Below, piece by piece: positions 20,409-21,154 of a stretch of DNA of 21,154 bases. Below the pieces are notes generated by a model. That model made no database searches. It was given only the letters and a program-made list of their open reading frames with translations, and was not told where the DNA came from. A program made the position numbers and the translations under genes. Location: assembly GCF_006345805.1 (NCBI RefSeq), contig NW_021823797.1, forward strand, positions 1 to 21,154. Reading direction: 5' to 3'. This stretch comes from Octopus sinensis. Taxonomy: Eukaryota. The first letter of the stretch is position 1; each line of letters starts with the position of its first letter.

Positions 20409-20437
20409 GAAAATCCGGTTTTTTATTACATGGAGTG
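20409..20437 (-). repeat. Tc1 right outer TIR
   Basis: gaaaatccggttttttattacatggagtg, followed by TA and LINE sequence. Confidence 0.88.
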
Positions 20438-20439
20438 TA

Positions 20440-21000
20440 GAAGTATTGGCTTCACTAGTGAATTGTATAGTCTTATCCGTGTTTTTGTGCTGAATCCTTT
20501 GCGTTTTAGCCAATTTTCCTTTAAGCTGCGTAGTGCACTGTTTGCATGTGTTTTTCGCATAATCTTCGTCTTCCAATAGAGATCCGAGTTTCTTTACTTT
20601 TCTCCAATGTTCGTCCAGCTTAGACTTCTGTCTTGCTAGTTCAGTAAATTCTGTTTTCTCCAAATTTACATTGAGGAACCACTCAGCAAGTCTATTTGGC
20701 ATCACCTTTCGGAAGAAATAAAATCCACGTCATCCGCGTATGCCACCACATTGATCCGTTTCCTTCATAGTATGGTTTTAGTTCTTTCAATGCAGCTTCC
20801 AGATATATGACAAACAGTATAGGAGATAACGGATCCCCTTGAGATGTTCCAGATGTTGTTTCAAATGGTTTAGAGCACTTGTCTCGTACCCTGACCGATA
20901 GATAGGTTTCTGATAAGAGTGCCCTGATCATCCGGATAGAAGATTCATCAAGGGATTCATTGACATATCGATGCCAAGAATGTATGTCGCATTTTTGACT
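20440..21000 (-). mobile_element. RTE-like LINE copy 2 (RT domains 3-7 region)
   Basis: 20440-20768 is nearly identical to 2121-2457 (about 7 substitutions and one 8-nt indel by eye). Further upstream it has GIDMS and GTSQGDPLSPILFVIYLE, which copy 1 lacks. Confidence 0.92.
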
Positions 21001-21154
21001 CGCTCTCCCAGAAGGACAAGACGGTTCAGTGTGCCACTACGATGAATTGCCGGAGCCGTGGTTCACCGCCACGCGCTTCCGGCTATTCTAGTGGTGTCTT
21101 TTATTTTCTAGGCGAAAGCAGGAAGGAGAAGTCGAAGCCTGGACCCTCCCAGGT

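Larger units (their letters stand above)
13521..20437 (-). mobile_element. Composite Tc1 element (6917 bp) carrying a CRE fragment, a SKI3 copy and a Buster hAT
   Basis: Outer TIRs at 13521-13547 and 20409-20437; TA at 13519-13520 and 20438-20439. The flanks join to give the empty site aagttccggcattata-TA-gaagtattggc seen at 2103-2131. Tc1 transposase remnant lies inside. Confidence 0.85.

Noticed and set aside
21001-21154. GC-richer segment at the window end
   Set aside because: Too short and cut off by the window edge to assign.

Overview
AT-rich eukaryotic nuclear DNA in the standard genetic code, with many very short (24-36 nt) GT-AG introns. This fits a tiny-intron animal such as a dicyemid, but the lineage is an inference. 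The window holds one clean host gene, a 12-13-exon BRE1/RNF20-40 E3 ligase (4557-7285, +), and one tRNA-Ile(AAT). The rest is mostly decayed transposons: RTE-like LINEs, five CRE-clade fragments, two Buster-type hATs, an integrase fragment and a Tc1. The main result is a 6.9-kb composite at 13521-20437, bounded by Tc1 terminal inverted repeats and a TA duplication. It sits inside an RTE LINE whose uninterrupted paralogue (the empty site) is in the same window at 2103-2130. Its left inverted-repeat region is split by a ~5.5-kb block containing a CRE fragment, a frameshifted SKI3/TTC37 copy and a 5'-truncated Buster hAT. The left edge of that block matches the hairpin footprint expected from hAT excision (cagctaaa|gtttagctg), and the 8-bp target site (agctaaac) survives at the right edge. 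Together these suggest a host gene captured into a Tc1 during repair of a break made by a nested hAT. All alignments were done by eye; no database searches were run.
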